From an uncultured Smithella sp. (GTDB taxonomy: Bacteria > Desulfobacterota > Syntrophia > Syntrophales > Smithellaceae): a stretch of 64,000 bases of DNA. Each line of letters opens with the position of its first letter. The first letter of the stretch is position 1. The notes beneath the pieces are model-generated. The model was not told the origin of the DNA and did no database searches. It was given only the letters and a program-made list of their open reading frames with translations. Both the position numbers and the translations under genes were made by a program. Location of the stretch: the NCBI GenBank assembly GCA_964581635.1, contig CAZOPH010000001.1, positions 16,316 to 80,315 on the forward strand, in the 5' to 3' direction. Below, one piece after another: positions 9,474-19,817 of this stretch.

Positions 9474-9502
9474 ATGCCCCGTTTACCGGGGCATTTTTTT
9501 TG
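9474..9502 (+). terminator. rho-independent terminator after the csp gene
   Basis: ATGCCCCG / CGGGGCAT stem with a 5-nt loop, followed by a run of 8 or more T. Confidence 0.65.
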
Positions 9503-9555
9503 GGTATGCTGTTCGGCACACGCCATATAAGAAAAATCATTTCAGGGCCGTCGTC

Positions 9556-10467
9556 ATGAAAAAAAATCTAATCGTCATACTCGGGCCAACTGCATCCGGC
9601 AAAACAACTTTTGCGACCAGATTGGCCGCGGATCTTCAGGGAGAAATTATCTCGGCGGATTCACGTCAGGTTTATCGGGGGATGGATGTCGGTACAGGCA
9701 AGGATTTGTCTGAGTTTCGGATAAATGGCAGAATGATTCCCTATCATTTGATTGACATCCTTGAGCCCGAGCAGGAGTTTAATGTTTTTGAATTTCAGCA
9801 ACAATTTTATGAAATATTCAATGACCTACAGGGGAAAAAAATCCTGCCCATACTGGTTGGCGGCACCGGTCTTTATTTGGATGCCGTGTTGACCAATTAT
9901 GTTCTACCGCAAGCAAAAATCGACAAACATTTGAGAGAAGAGCTTGCTTGGAAATCGCAGACGGAACTTCAGGAAATTCTATTGGCCATGAAACCTGTTT
10001 TACACAATAAAACAGATCTTGAAGACAGAAACCGACTCCTCAGAAAAATAGAAATTGAAAAGGTCAGACAAAATACATCAGACGGAAAAATGAGAAGACC
10101 TTTTGTCCATGCCGGAATATTCGGCATCCATTGGGAAATGGCCGAGTTACGGCAGAGAATTGCGGCTAGGCTTCAAGAGAGGATGGCAGATGGAATGATT
10201 GAAGAGGTGTCAAGATTACAGTCACTGGGTTTATCATGGAAGCGTTTGGATAGTTTTGGCTTGGAATATCGTTATATCGCTCGTTATCTGCAAAACTTGA
10301 TAACGAAAGATGAGATGACTGCAAAACTTCAGATCGCCATCGGCCAGTTTGCCAAGAGGCAGATGACGTGGTTTCGGCGTATGGAAAAAAAAGGCGTGCC
10401 GATTGAGTGGATTTCAGGGAAAGATTATCCTGCCTTTCATGGCCGTGTGCTTAGAGTCTTGTCATGA
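9556..10467 (+). CDS. miaA: tRNA dimethylallyltransferase
   Basis: 303 aa. P-loop GPTASGKT and SADSRQVYRGMDVGTGK, typical of MiaA. Confidence 0.92.
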   Translation: MKKNLIVILGPTASGKTTFATRLAADLQGEIISADSRQVYRGMDVGTGKDLSEFRINGRMIPYHLIDILEPEQEFNVFEFQQQFYEIFNDLQGKKILPILVGGTGLYLDAVLTNYVLPQAKIDKHLREELAWKSQTELQEILLAMKPVLHNKTDLEDRNRLLRKIEIEKVRQNTSDGKMRRPFVHAGIFGIHWEMAELRQRIAARLQERMADGMIEEVSRLQSLGLSWKRLDSFGLEYRYIARYLQNLITKDEMTAKLQIAIGQFAKRQMTWFRRMEKKGVPIEWISGKDYPAFHGRVLRVLS

Positions 10468-11822
10468 AAAAAACTTCCCTGTTGAATGATTATCTACATA
10501 GATACGCTGCGGAGTTTCCTTGGAAACTGCAGGCAGGAAATCTTGAAAATATCGAACAGGTTGTTGTTATTCCGGCATACGCGGAAAGAGAGATGCTCTT
10601 TGCCACCCTGGCGTCTGTCGCTGCCAACAATGATGAGTCATTGGAAAGAGCGCTGATCCTCTGCGTCGTCAACAATAAGGCTGACGCATCATTTGCCGAT
10701 AAGGAGAATAATGCTCAAACCCTTGCGGTGCTGAGCGCTTTAATTAATAAACGCCCATTCAATAAATCGGTGCTTGCCGATGATCTTTATGCTTCATTGC
10801 AGAAAATAGCCGACAGACCGCTGAGACTTGGCTATATTGACGCCTCCTCAAATGGCATGGAAATTCCTTTTCGTCTTGGGGGCGTCGGGATGGCCCGCAA
10901 AATAGGTATGGATATGGCTCTCCGTCTGCTGACGAATCCTTGCAGCGCACAGTGTCTCATCTTGAGCCTGGATGCTGACACCCTTGTTCAACCGGACTAT
11001 TTATCGGTCATCAGAAATTTTTTTTCCTCTGGTAAAACTCAGACGGGTGTTGTTGAATATGAGCATCAATTGCCTTTGAACGCAATCGAGAGATCTGCAA
11101 TGTGTTACTATGAAATCTTTCTGCGCTATTGGGTATTAGGTCTGCAATACGCCCAATCTCCCTATGCTTTTCATTCGATTGGTTCAACTATTGTTACAAC
11201 GGCTGATAGTTATCTTTCCGTGCGTGGAATGAATCGCCGCGGGGCGGGAGAGGATTTTTATTTTCTGAACAAACTGGCAAAAACAGGTCCAATCCGCCGA
11301 ATCAGCGAAACGGTAGTCTATCCGTCTGCTCGTATTTCCAGACGGGTTCCCTTTGGCACGGGTGCTGCGATTGAAAAGATTATTACCGGCACGAGTCCTG
11401 AGATAGGTCTATACGATCCTCGAATATTCATTATCTTGAAGGAATGGATTGCCGTGATGAAACAATCGTTTAACTGCTCCGAAAATCAGATTATCACCAA
11501 AGCATGGGAGATCGACTCGGGTTTAAGGAATTTTTTAGTTGCACGCGGCTTTTTATCCGTCTGGCCAAGAATCCGCCAAAACTTAAAGGATTATGAAACA
11601 TATGAAAGGCAGTTTCACAATTGGTTTGATGGATTTGAAACGTTAAAGTTGGTCAACTATCTGACAAAAGAATTTTATCCGCGAATCAGTCTCATTTCCG
11701 CGTTGAAGAAAATTCTGGAGATGCACAATAAGAAATTTCCGGAAGGGATGCCCGACGAAGGCTTTCCGGAAGCGGAAGATGAAATGAGAATTCTAGGTTA
11801 TATCCGAAGCCGGTTCAAATGA
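10464..11822 (+). CDS. glycosyltransferase family 2-like protein, substrate unknown
   Basis: 452 aa. VVVIPAYAERE (a variant of the GT2 IPAYNE motif), DXD-like SLDADT, GAGEDFYF. Its start overlaps the miaA stop (ATGA). Confidence 0.5.
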   Translation: MKKTSLLNDYLHRYAAEFPWKLQAGNLENIEQVVVIPAYAEREMLFATLASVAANNDESLERALILCVVNNKADASFADKENNAQTLAVLSALINKRPFNKSVLADDLYASLQKIADRPLRLGYIDASSNGMEIPFRLGGVGMARKIGMDMALRLLTNPCSAQCLILSLDADTLVQPDYLSVIRNFFSSGKTQTGVVEYEHQLPLNAIERSAMCYYEIFLRYWVLGLQYAQSPYAFHSIGSTIVTTADSYLSVRGMNRRGAGEDFYFLNKLAKTGPIRRISETVVYPSARISRRVPFGTGAAIEKIITGTSPEIGLYDPRIFIILKEWIAVMKQSFNCSENQIITKAWEIDSGLRNFLVARGFLSVWPRIRQNLKDYETYERQFHNWFDGFETLKLVNYLTKEFYPRISLISALKKILEMHNKKFPEGMPDEGFPEAEDEMRILGYIRSRFK

Positions 11823-11927
11823 TGAACAAGCCAGCAGCAGAGGATAATCTTCTTGACTTGCCGGGATAATTTCGCATATAGCTTAATCAATATTTTATGA
11901 TCGCTAAATATTTTCGGGGGGAAATTC

Positions 11928-13007
11928 ATGAATAAAATCTTAGCTGAAAGTGTTCTGACGGTCGTATTGGTCTGTCTGATAGCCACGACGTTCGGTTGCG
12001 GTAAGAAAGAAGAGGCCAAAAAGACACCCTCGCAGCAAACACAGCAAAACGCGCAAACTGAGTCGCTCCCCGGCATGGATAAAGCCATGATCATGCCACC
12101 GATTATGGAGTCCAAACAAATTGAACCCAAGGACGTGGCGGTCAGTGTTGACGGTATCGTGTTAAAAAAGGATGATCTGTCCAAAGGTGTCAAAGCAAAA
12201 ATGAAACTCTATCAAGATAAGATTCCAGCCGACAAGAAGAAAGAAGCTCAGGCCGGGTTAAAAAAGCAGTTGATGGAAGAGTTTGTTTTACGCACACTAC
12301 TTACCAACGAAACGAATAATAAAAAGATTGGAGTCACGGATAAAGAAATGCGGGCGGCAATCAATCAAATAAAAGCAAATATTCCTCCGGAAAAGAAAAT
12401 CGATGATTTTCTCAGAGAAAACAGCATCCGCAGGGAAGACATTGCTCTTGGAATAAAAATTAGAAAACTCGTCGAAATGGAAACCGGTAAAAAATCTAAA
12501 CCGACAGAGAAGGAAATCAGTAAATTTTTTACGGATAATAAAGAAAAGTTTACCACGCAAGATAGCGTTCACGTTCGCCATATCCTGGTTACAATAGATG
12601 CCAAGGATGATGAGAAAACAAAAGCTGAAAAGAAGGTCAGGATAGAAAATCTGCGCAAACAGGTTTTAGAAGGTGCGGATTTTGCCGAAATAGCCAAAAA
12701 TAATTCTGACTGCCCCAGCAAGGAAAATGGCGGCGATCTGGGAGAAATCAAAAAAGGTCAGACAGTCAAACCTTTTGAAGATGCTGCTTTTTCACAGGAG
12801 ATCAATCAGATTGGGCCGGTGGTGACCACGGAATTCGGGCATCATGTCATTCAGGTTTTGGGACGTAGTCCTGCAAAAACCGTCAAAATTGAGGAAGTAA
12901 AAGATAAAATAGCTATTTACCTTGAGCAGCAAAAACAAGCGGAAGCTTTTTCCAAGATGACCGCTAGATTAAGGAAAAACGCGGTTATTATTTATTACGA
13001 GAATTAA
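11928..13007 (+). CDS. parvulin-type peptidyl-prolyl isomerase, probable lipoprotein (PrsA/SurA-like)
   Basis: 359 aa. Signal peptide with Cys (TTFGCGKK). PpiC domain motifs HVRHILV, CPSKENGGDLGEI and FGHHVIQV. Confidence 0.8.
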   Translation: MNKILAESVLTVVLVCLIATTFGCGKKEEAKKTPSQQTQQNAQTESLPGMDKAMIMPPIMESKQIEPKDVAVSVDGIVLKKDDLSKGVKAKMKLYQDKIPADKKKEAQAGLKKQLMEEFVLRTLLTNETNNKKIGVTDKEMRAAINQIKANIPPEKKIDDFLRENSIRREDIALGIKIRKLVEMETGKKSKPTEKEISKFFTDNKEKFTTQDSVHVRHILVTIDAKDDEKTKAEKKVRIENLRKQVLEGADFAEIAKNNSDCPSKENGGDLGEIKKGQTVKPFEDAAFSQEINQIGPVVTTEFGHHVIQVLGRSPAKTVKIEEVKDKIAIYLEQQKQAEAFSKMTARLRKNAVIIYYEN

Positions 13008-13909
13008 TGAGAATTAAGAAAGCTGGTCGAATAGATCAAGGACTCTGGCTTTTAGGCACGGAAGAATCCTGTGTTTATTTACTGGAGGGAAGCAGATCAT
13101 CCATTCTGATCAGCGCCGGTTTGAGTTATATACTACCGGATTTTTTTCGGCAGATCGCAGATTGGCGCATCTCCGAGAAAAAAATTAATCATATTATTAT
13201 TCTGCATGCTCATTTTGATCATCTCGGCATTATCCCTTTTTTAAAAAGAAAGTGGCCGCATATAAAGGTTTACGCATCATCTCGAGGCTGGGACGTCCTG
13301 TCGAATCCTAAAGCGATTGCACTGATCAATGAATATAATATCAAAGTCTGTCGTAGAGTGCGGGGCAATGCCAACCTTCTTTCTTCATTGGACTGGCAGT
13401 GGCGCAACGACGTGCATGGCGAACAATTAAAACAAAACAGCCTGATTGACCTGGGCGACAGACACGTTGAAATTTATGAGACACCGGGACACTCCCCTTG
13501 TTCGATTTCTGCTTATGTGCCGCAGTTAAAAGCTTTATTTCCATCAGATGCGGTGGCGATCCCCTATCAGAACGAGTATGTCATTGCGGCTTGGTCAAAT
13601 TTCGATGCCTATCAGCAAAGTTTGGAGAAGCTGGCCATGCTGGATGTTAAAAGGCTATGCGCGGATCATTATGGATATATAACCGGAGCAGAAGCAGCGC
13701 TGTATATCATGAGAAGCAAAAAGGCGACGGCTCAAATGATAGGCAGATTACATCTGGCGTTACAGAATGAGACTGGACTCGAGAACGCGGCGGCCCGGCT
13801 GGTTAAGCATCATTTTGAGAAAAGACCGGATTACTTCGTGCATCCGGATATTCTACTCAGCACTTATCGGAACATGTTAAAACAATTTGCCCATTCCCAA
13901 TCTATTTAA
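13007..13909 (+). CDS. MBL-fold metallo-hydrolase
   Basis: 300 aa. HAHFDHLG (HxHxDH) motif. ATG overlaps the previous stop (TAATG). Confidence 0.75.
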   Translation: MRIKKAGRIDQGLWLLGTEESCVYLLEGSRSSILISAGLSYILPDFFRQIADWRISEKKINHIIILHAHFDHLGIIPFLKRKWPHIKVYASSRGWDVLSNPKAIALINEYNIKVCRRVRGNANLLSSLDWQWRNDVHGEQLKQNSLIDLGDRHVEIYETPGHSPCSISAYVPQLKALFPSDAVAIPYQNEYVIAAWSNFDAYQQSLEKLAMLDVKRLCADHYGYITGAEAALYIMRSKKATAQMIGRLHLALQNETGLENAAARLVKHHFEKRPDYFVHPDILLSTYRNMLKQFAHSQSI

Positions 13910-14720
13910 AACTGTGTTTGTCGTCAGGAAAAGCGCACGTCTTCACATCTTGGATATAGAGCTTGACGGCATTTTTGATATCCGCATTCAGTTGGGCGTA
14001 TTTCTTGACAAATTTCGGCGTCATTCTGTCGTTCATTCCCAGCATGTCATTGACGACCAGAACCTGTCCGTCACAGTGAACACCGGCACCGATACCGATT
14101 GAGGGAATAGACAGAGCAGCGGTAATCCCCGCCGCCAGTTTTTCGGGAACACACTCCAATACCAATGAAAAAGCGCCCGCTTCTTCAAGGCATTTAGCAT
14201 CCTGCATGATTTTTTCCGCAGCATCTTCCTGTTTACCCTGGACCTTATAACCGCCTAGCTGGTTGAAAGATTGCGGCGTTAATCCCAAATGCGCCATAAC
14301 GGGAATTCCGGCATAGGTCATTTTATAGACAATGTCAGCGTGTTCCCGGCCGCCTTCCAATTTAACCGCCTGAGCATTGCCTTCTTTTAATAAACGGCCA
14401 GCATTGGCCAGTGCCGACTCTGGGGAGACCTGATAAGATAAAAACGGCATATCCGCCACAAGCATTGCTTTTTGAGAGCCGCGGGCAACCGCCTGTGTAT
14501 GACGCACCATATCATCCATGGTGACAGGAAGGGTCGATTCATAACCCAACACCACATTGCCCAGAGAATCACCGACCAGGAGGATGTCAATGTCGCTTTC
14601 GTCCAAGATGGATGCCATTCCATAATCATAGGCCGTCAGCATGGTTATTTTTTCCCCAAGAGTTTTCATTTTTTTTATGTCGAGGATTGTCTTCCTGGTG
14701 ATCTTAGTTTGCGTACTCAT
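13902..14720 (-). CDS. panB: 3-methyl-2-oxobutanoate hydroxymethyltransferase
   Basis: 272 aa. MLTAYDY, VGDSLGNVVLGY and VKLEGG motifs. Confidence 0.93.
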   Translation of the reverse strand: MSTQTKITRKTILDIKKMKTLGEKITMLTAYDYGMASILDESDIDILLVGDSLGNVVLGYESTLPVTMDDMVRHTQAVARGSQKAMLVADMPFLSYQVSPESALANAGRLLKEGNAQAVKLEGGREHADIVYKMTYAGIPVMAHLGLTPQSFNQLGGYKVQGKQEDAAEKIMQDAKCLEEAGAFSLVLECVPEKLAAGITAALSIPSIGIGAGVHCDGQVLVVNDMLGMNDRMTPKFVKKYAQLNADIKNAVKLYIQDVKTCAFPDDKHSFK

Positions 14721-15612
14721 TTTTTACTCCTTTCAAAAGCTCCATAATGATTTTCCCCCGGTCGTAACTCAAGGTTCCTTTTTGACGGGCAAGTTTTACT
14801 GCGATCATTCCCAGTTCTTTGTATAAGGGTGCGTAAGCGGGGAGATTGCAGGCCATGGCTTCAATATGTTTTTGTACAGTTCCCGAATCGCCGCGTGCAA
14901 TTGGCCCTGTGAGCGCCTTGGCACATCCCTGTTTCTCAATATTTTTCAGACTGCCATAAACCAGCGGCAGATATGCCTTGCGGGCATCCTTATCTGAAAA
15001 GCCGATGGATAAATAAATCGATTCTACAATGCTCATTAATGAAACCAGATAATTCGATGCAATGCAGGCCGCCGCATGGTAAAGAGGCTTTTGTGCAGGT
15101 GTTATATAAATGGGGATCCCTTGGAGGTCACGGACAATATCTAATGAGGTTTTTTTTGATCCGGCAGAGGCTGTCACGCCGAAATAGCTGCCGGGAATGT
15201 TTGCAATCGCGCTGTCGATAGAGGAAAAACTTTGGAGCGGGTGAATGCTGGCGACAGAGGCCCCGGCCAAAGCGGAAGATTGAAGAAGGTCAAGTCCTCC
15301 CGCGCCGCTCATATGAAACACCGTTTTTCCCTTAACGGAAGAACCGCTGACGATTGCTTCGCAAACAGACCCGATGTGGTCATCAGGCGTTGTAATCAAA
15401 AGGTAATCGGCAAGATCCGCCGCCTGTGCGGGGTAATGGAAGCTCACCGCCCCTGTATAAGATCTTGCTCTTTTCAAATGAGCGGCAGAAAGATCGGCCA
15501 TGGCCGTAATATTATGGCCAGCCTTTTTTAACAGAAAACCGATGGCCGTACCGACCATTCCTGCGCCGATAATGGCAAACCTCAATGATTTTTTTCCCCT
15601 CGTCATCCCCAT
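14704..15612 (-). CDS. Rossmann-fold oxidoreductase with a DUF2520-like C-terminus (candidate ketopantoate reductase)
   Basis: The tracked ORF starts at a TTG (15702). An in-frame ATG at 15612 or 15606 sits just before FAIIGAGMVGTAIG. The 3' end overlaps the panB start by 17 nt. Confidence 0.65.
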   Translation of the reverse strand: MGMTRGKKSLRFAIIGAGMVGTAIGFLLKKAGHNITAMADLSAAHLKRARSYTGAVSFHYPAQAADLADYLLITTPDDHIGSVCEAIVSGSSVKGKTVFHMSGAGGLDLLQSSALAGASVASIHPLQSFSSIDSAIANIPGSYFGVTASAGSKKTSLDIVRDLQGIPIYITPAQKPLYHAAACIASNYLVSLMSIVESIYLSIGFSDKDARKAYLPLVYGSLKNIEKQGCAKALTGPIARGDSGTVQKHIEAMACNLPAYAPLYKELGMIAVKLARQKGTLSYDRGKIIMELLKGVKNEYAN

Positions 15613-15823
15613 GATCCATAAAAAAAGGTCTTCCACAGCGTAAGGAAGACCCGTATGAGACAGTATTAACACTCCCGTCTCAGTCTTTTCCAAGTGATCC
15701 AAGCGGTGGAATGTTTTCTAACATACAGTCGTCTAACCGTCAAATGTTATTTCCGAATACATTCCCAACAAAGAACCTTGTTTTTGCACAATCTCTCAGC
15801 TATAGAGAGATCAGGAGAACAAA

Positions 15824-16468
15824 ATGAAAAAAGTGGATTTAATGATATTTGATTTTGACGGCACGATCGCCGATACGGGCGCGGATCTGGTGTCTTCCAT
15901 CAATCACACTCTGACGGCGATGCGGCTTAATCCGCGATCATCTGAAGAAATTCTCAGCTTTGTGGGCGACGGCGTGAAGAAATTGATAGAAAAATCGCTC
16001 GGAGAAAATTACAAGGGGCGCCTGGAAGAGGCTATAAGCATTTTCAGTAGTTATTACGAAAAGCATCTGATGGATCAGACCGTTCGTTGCCCGCATATCG
16101 AAGATGTGTTGAAATATTTTAATCATAAAATGAAGGTGATTCTCACCAATAAACGTTATCACTTAACCTTGGCCATTGCCCGTGCCCTTCGCATTGATCG
16201 GTATTTCATGGAAATTGTTGGCGCGGATTCAACACCGTTTCAGAAACCGGATCTACGCGTGGCCGAATATCTCTTAACCAAATACAACGCAGATCCTCAG
16301 AAAACAGTCATTATCGGCGATGGTATCAATGATATCGCCTTGGCTAAAAGTGCGGGGATTTTGTCCTGTGCTTATTTAAATGGACTAGGCAACCAGCGGA
16401 CTTTGCTTGAGATGGAAGCCGATTTCTATTGCGAAGATCTCATGGAGATCAATTCTCTTTTTCAATGA
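15824..16468 (+). CDS. HAD-superfamily phosphatase (phosphoglycolate phosphatase-like)
   Basis: 214 aa. Motif I FDFDGTIADT and motif IV GDGINDI. Confidence 0.75.
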   Translation: MKKVDLMIFDFDGTIADTGADLVSSINHTLTAMRLNPRSSEEILSFVGDGVKKLIEKSLGENYKGRLEEAISIFSSYYEKHLMDQTVRCPHIEDVLKYFNHKMKVILTNKRYHLTLAIARALRIDRYFMEIVGADSTPFQKPDLRVAEYLLTKYNADPQKTVIIGDGINDIALAKSAGILSCAYLNGLGNQRTLLEMEADFYCEDLMEINSLFQ

Positions 16469-17844
16469 TGCTGAAAAAAATTGAACAAACCATAAAAAAA
16501 TATTCACTGCTGGAGAATGGTGACCACGTCGTTGTCGCCTTATCCGGAGGAGCGGATTCCTGTGCCTTGTTATTGAGCCTGGTTGGTTTGACGCAGGCGA
16601 ATAATCTGAAAATGGTTGTTGCTCATTTCAATCACGGTTTACGTGCCAATGAATCGAAAGGAGACGAGGTATTCTGTCGGCGACTGGCGAAAAAATTCAA
16701 TCTAGCTTTTGTCACGGAAAGAATGCGCCATCTATCCATTCCCAAAGGTATATCACCGGAAGATTATTTCCGCCGGGAAAGGTATCGGTTTTTAGATAAA
16801 GTTGCCATGGATCATGTGGCGAATAAAATTGCGCTCGGTCATCATCTGAACGACCAGGCGGAAACCGTCTTGCTCAACATTTTGCGCGGCAGCGGTTTGG
16901 ATGGGCTTAAAGGTTTTCTACCGATGAGGGAGAACAAATATATTCGCCCTTTGATAGAGGTATCGCATCAGGAAATCAACGACTTTCTCAAAGAAGCCGG
17001 TGTCGAATATCGTCAGGACAGTTCCAACAACAACAAAGTTTATTTGCGCAATCATATCCGTAATGAGCTGATTCCCTACCTAAAAGAAAAATACAATCCC
17101 CGGATTGAACAAAACCTGGCGCGGATGGCGGATATTATTCGACGCGATGATGAATTCATCGGCAAATATGTAAGCGCGATCCTGACATCGCCTCAGATTC
17201 AAAAAAAGAAGAAAGAAGTATCCTTTTCTGCTGAATATTTTAAGAGGCTCCCCATCTCCCTGGGCTACAGACTTCTCAAGGCCGTTCTCGAAGATCTGGT
17301 ACCTGAAAACAAAGGTTTTTCATCTTCCCATATTCAATCGGTTGTTGATCTGGTTAACAAGAGCTCGTCAGGGAAAAGTGTTTCATTGCCTTATCGTCTT
17401 AGAGCACAAAAAGAATATGACCATGTTGTCATAAGTTCCGATAGGATCGAAAAAACAAGCGATTATGAATATCCGCTAACGATTCCTGGGACCGTGGATT
17501 TAAGAGAAAGGCATGTTATATTATCCACAAAACGTGTGACAATGGATGAGGTTGATTTTAAGTGTCTCAATAAAACGTATTTTGATAGGGATAAAATTAA
17601 AGAACCCTTAATCATTCGGAATCGCAGAAGCGGTGATTGGTTTAACCCTTTAGGAATGCAAGGATCTCAAAAAATAAAAAAGTTGTTTATTGACCGGAAG
17701 ATACCAAGGCCAAAACGTAATGGCATTGCTCTTATTGCCGATCAGGAATCCGTGATCTGGGTCGAGAACATGCACCTAAGCGAAAGGGTTAAAGTGTCGC
17801 CTGAAACAAAAAATGTTCTGATTCTTGAAATTCGGACCTTGTAA
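16465..17844 (+). CDS. tilS: tRNA(Ile)-lysidine synthase
   Basis: The in-frame ATG at 16465 overlaps the upstream stop (ATGA). PP-loop ALSGGADS. About 459 aa. Confidence 0.88.
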   Translation: MMLKKIEQTIKKYSLLENGDHVVVALSGGADSCALLLSLVGLTQANNLKMVVAHFNHGLRANESKGDEVFCRRLAKKFNLAFVTERMRHLSIPKGISPEDYFRRERYRFLDKVAMDHVANKIALGHHLNDQAETVLLNILRGSGLDGLKGFLPMRENKYIRPLIEVSHQEINDFLKEAGVEYRQDSSNNNKVYLRNHIRNELIPYLKEKYNPRIEQNLARMADIIRRDDEFIGKYVSAILTSPQIQKKKKEVSFSAEYFKRLPISLGYRLLKAVLEDLVPENKGFSSSHIQSVVDLVNKSSSGKSVSLPYRLRAQKEYDHVVISSDRIEKTSDYEYPLTIPGTVDLRERHVILSTKRVTMDEVDFKCLNKTYFDRDKIKEPLIIRNRRSGDWFNPLGMQGSQKIKKLFIDRKIPRPKRNGIALIADQESVIWVENMHLSERVKVSPETKNVLILEIRTL

Positions 17845-17936
17845 TCAAAAACCAAGCTAGTATAAGAAAATATTTGAGTTAAATTGGATATTATTATAAA
17901 GATCAACAAACATATTTGATTTTAAGGAGAAAAATA

Positions 17937-19751
17937 TTGAATCAGTTTCAAAAAAATATAGCACTTGTCCTGACAGTGCTTCTAGTCTTTTTGCTTGTTT
18001 GGCAGTTATTTAATCAGCAGAAGCCGAACTCAAAAGAGATTAACTACACGGAAATGTTATCCTACCTTAATAATGGCGAGATTACGGAAGTTACCATACA
18101 GGGGGATGCAGTGACCGGCAAGTTAGCTAATGGAAATAACTTTAAAGCATACGCGCCCAAAGATGATGAGCTGATTGGGATGTTGAGGGAGAAAAACGTC
18201 AAAATTACGGCTAAACCACTGGAAGAAAATCCGTGGTATATGATTTTCATTTCGTGGTTTCCCATGCTTTTACTCATTGGTGTGTGGATTTTCTTCATGC
18301 GTCAAATGCAGTCAGGGGGCGGTAAGGCAATGTCTTTTGGTAAAAGTAGAGCGCGCCTGATTACCGACAAATCGAAAAAAGTAACATTTGCCGACGTAGC
18401 AGGCGTCAATGAAGCTAAGGCTGAACTTGAAGAAGTGATCGACTTTTTAAAAGATCCCAAAAAATATACCAAGCTAGGTGGACGCATTCCCAAGGGTTTG
18501 TTACTGGTGGGACCCCCCGGAACCGGCAAAACACTTTTAGCACGTGCGATAGCCGGGGAAGCTGATGTACCCTTTCTGAGTATCAGTGGTTCTGATTTTG
18601 TAGAAATGTTCGTCGGTGTAGGTGCCTCTCGAGTACGGGATTTGTTCAGTCAAGCCAAAAAAAACGCACCATGCATCATCTTTATTGATGAAATTGACGC
18701 CGTGGGACGTCACCGCGGTGCGGGCTTAGGCGGCGGTCATGATGAGCGAGAGCAAACTCTCAACCAATTACTGGTAGAAATGGATGGTTTTGAATCCAAT
18801 GAAGGCGTTATTCTGGTTTCTGCAACTAACCGTCCCGATGTTCTGGATCCGGCGCTTTTGCGCCCGGGACGTTTTGATCGACAGGTGGTTGTTCCTCTGC
18901 CCGATGTGAAAGGTCGGGAGCAAATATTTGAAGTGCATGCCCGAAAGATACCGGCTGCGGATGATGTCGATTATGCTGTTCTGGCCAGGGGTACGCCCGG
19001 TACATCAGGCGCGGATATTGAAAATCTTGTTAATGAAGCAGTTTTAAACGCCGCTAGGTTAAATAAAGAAAAAGTCAACATGGTGGACTTTGAATTCGCC
19101 AAAGACAAGGTTCTAATGGGTACTGAAAGAAGAAGTATGGTAATCAGTGATACGGAAAAACGCAATACGGCTTATCATGAAGCCGGCCACACACTAGTTG
19201 CCCGTCTGATTCCCGGAACCGATCCCATCCACAAAGTGACGATTATTCCGCGCGGTAGAGCGTTGGGCTTAACCCAGCAATTGCCCATTGATGAGAAGCA
19301 CACCTACCCCAGCCAATATCTCGAAAATAATATCGCCATATTGCTGGGCGGACGCGCAGCCGAAGAAATTGTGCTGAAAGATTATACCACCGGTGCCGGT
19401 AATGATATTGAAAGAGCCACCAATCTAGCCCGGAAAATGGTGTGTGAATGGGGCATGAGCCAGACTATGGGTCCATTGAGTTATGGCAAGAAAGAAGAGC
19501 AAATATTTTTAGGGCGCGAATTTGCCACACACAAGGATTATAGCGAGGATACGGCAAAACGTATTGATGCGGAAGTGGTGTCTATAGTCAAGCGAAACTA
19601 CGACAAATCTTTATCGCTTCTAAATGAACATATTGATATTCTGCATAAAATGTCCAGTGAACTTCTGGAAAAAGAGGTTCTTAATAATGTGGAAATCGAT
19701 GAGATCATCGGCAGCGCCTTACCTGCCGAACATGCAAAGCAGAAGCAATAG
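17937..19751 (+). CDS. ftsH: ATP-dependent zinc metalloprotease FtsH
   Basis: The in-frame TTG at 17937 follows AAGGAG. Walker A GPPGTGKT, zinc motif HEAGH, two N-terminal TM helices. Confidence 0.95.
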   Translation: MNQFQKNIALVLTVLLVFLLVWQLFNQQKPNSKEINYTEMLSYLNNGEITEVTIQGDAVTGKLANGNNFKAYAPKDDELIGMLREKNVKITAKPLEENPWYMIFISWFPMLLLIGVWIFFMRQMQSGGGKAMSFGKSRARLITDKSKKVTFADVAGVNEAKAELEEVIDFLKDPKKYTKLGGRIPKGLLLVGPPGTGKTLLARAIAGEADVPFLSISGSDFVEMFVGVGASRVRDLFSQAKKNAPCIIFIDEIDAVGRHRGAGLGGGHDEREQTLNQLLVEMDGFESNEGVILVSATNRPDVLDPALLRPGRFDRQVVVPLPDVKGREQIFEVHARKIPAADDVDYAVLARGTPGTSGADIENLVNEAVLNAARLNKEKVNMVDFEFAKDKVLMGTERRSMVISDTEKRNTAYHEAGHTLVARLIPGTDPIHKVTIIPRGRALGLTQQLPIDEKHTYPSQYLENNIAILLGGRAAEEIVLKDYTTGAGNDIERATNLARKMVCEWGMSQTMGPLSYGKKEEQIFLGREFATHKDYSEDTAKRIDAEVVSIVKRNYDKSLSLLNEHIDILHKMSSELLEKEVLNNVEIDEIIGSALPAEHAKQKQ

Positions 19752-19817
19752 GTCGCAGTGGGCCTTTCCGTTTCTGATCTAAACTTGGATGATGGGCAAT
19801 GAACATCATTACAAGGC

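Noticed and set aside
15792-15810. Inverted repeat TCTCTC-N7-GAGAGA immediately upstream of the RBS of the HAD phosphatase gene.
   Set aside because: The stem is only 6 bp and built from a low-complexity CT/GA repeat. That is too weak to call an operator or structure without conservation data.
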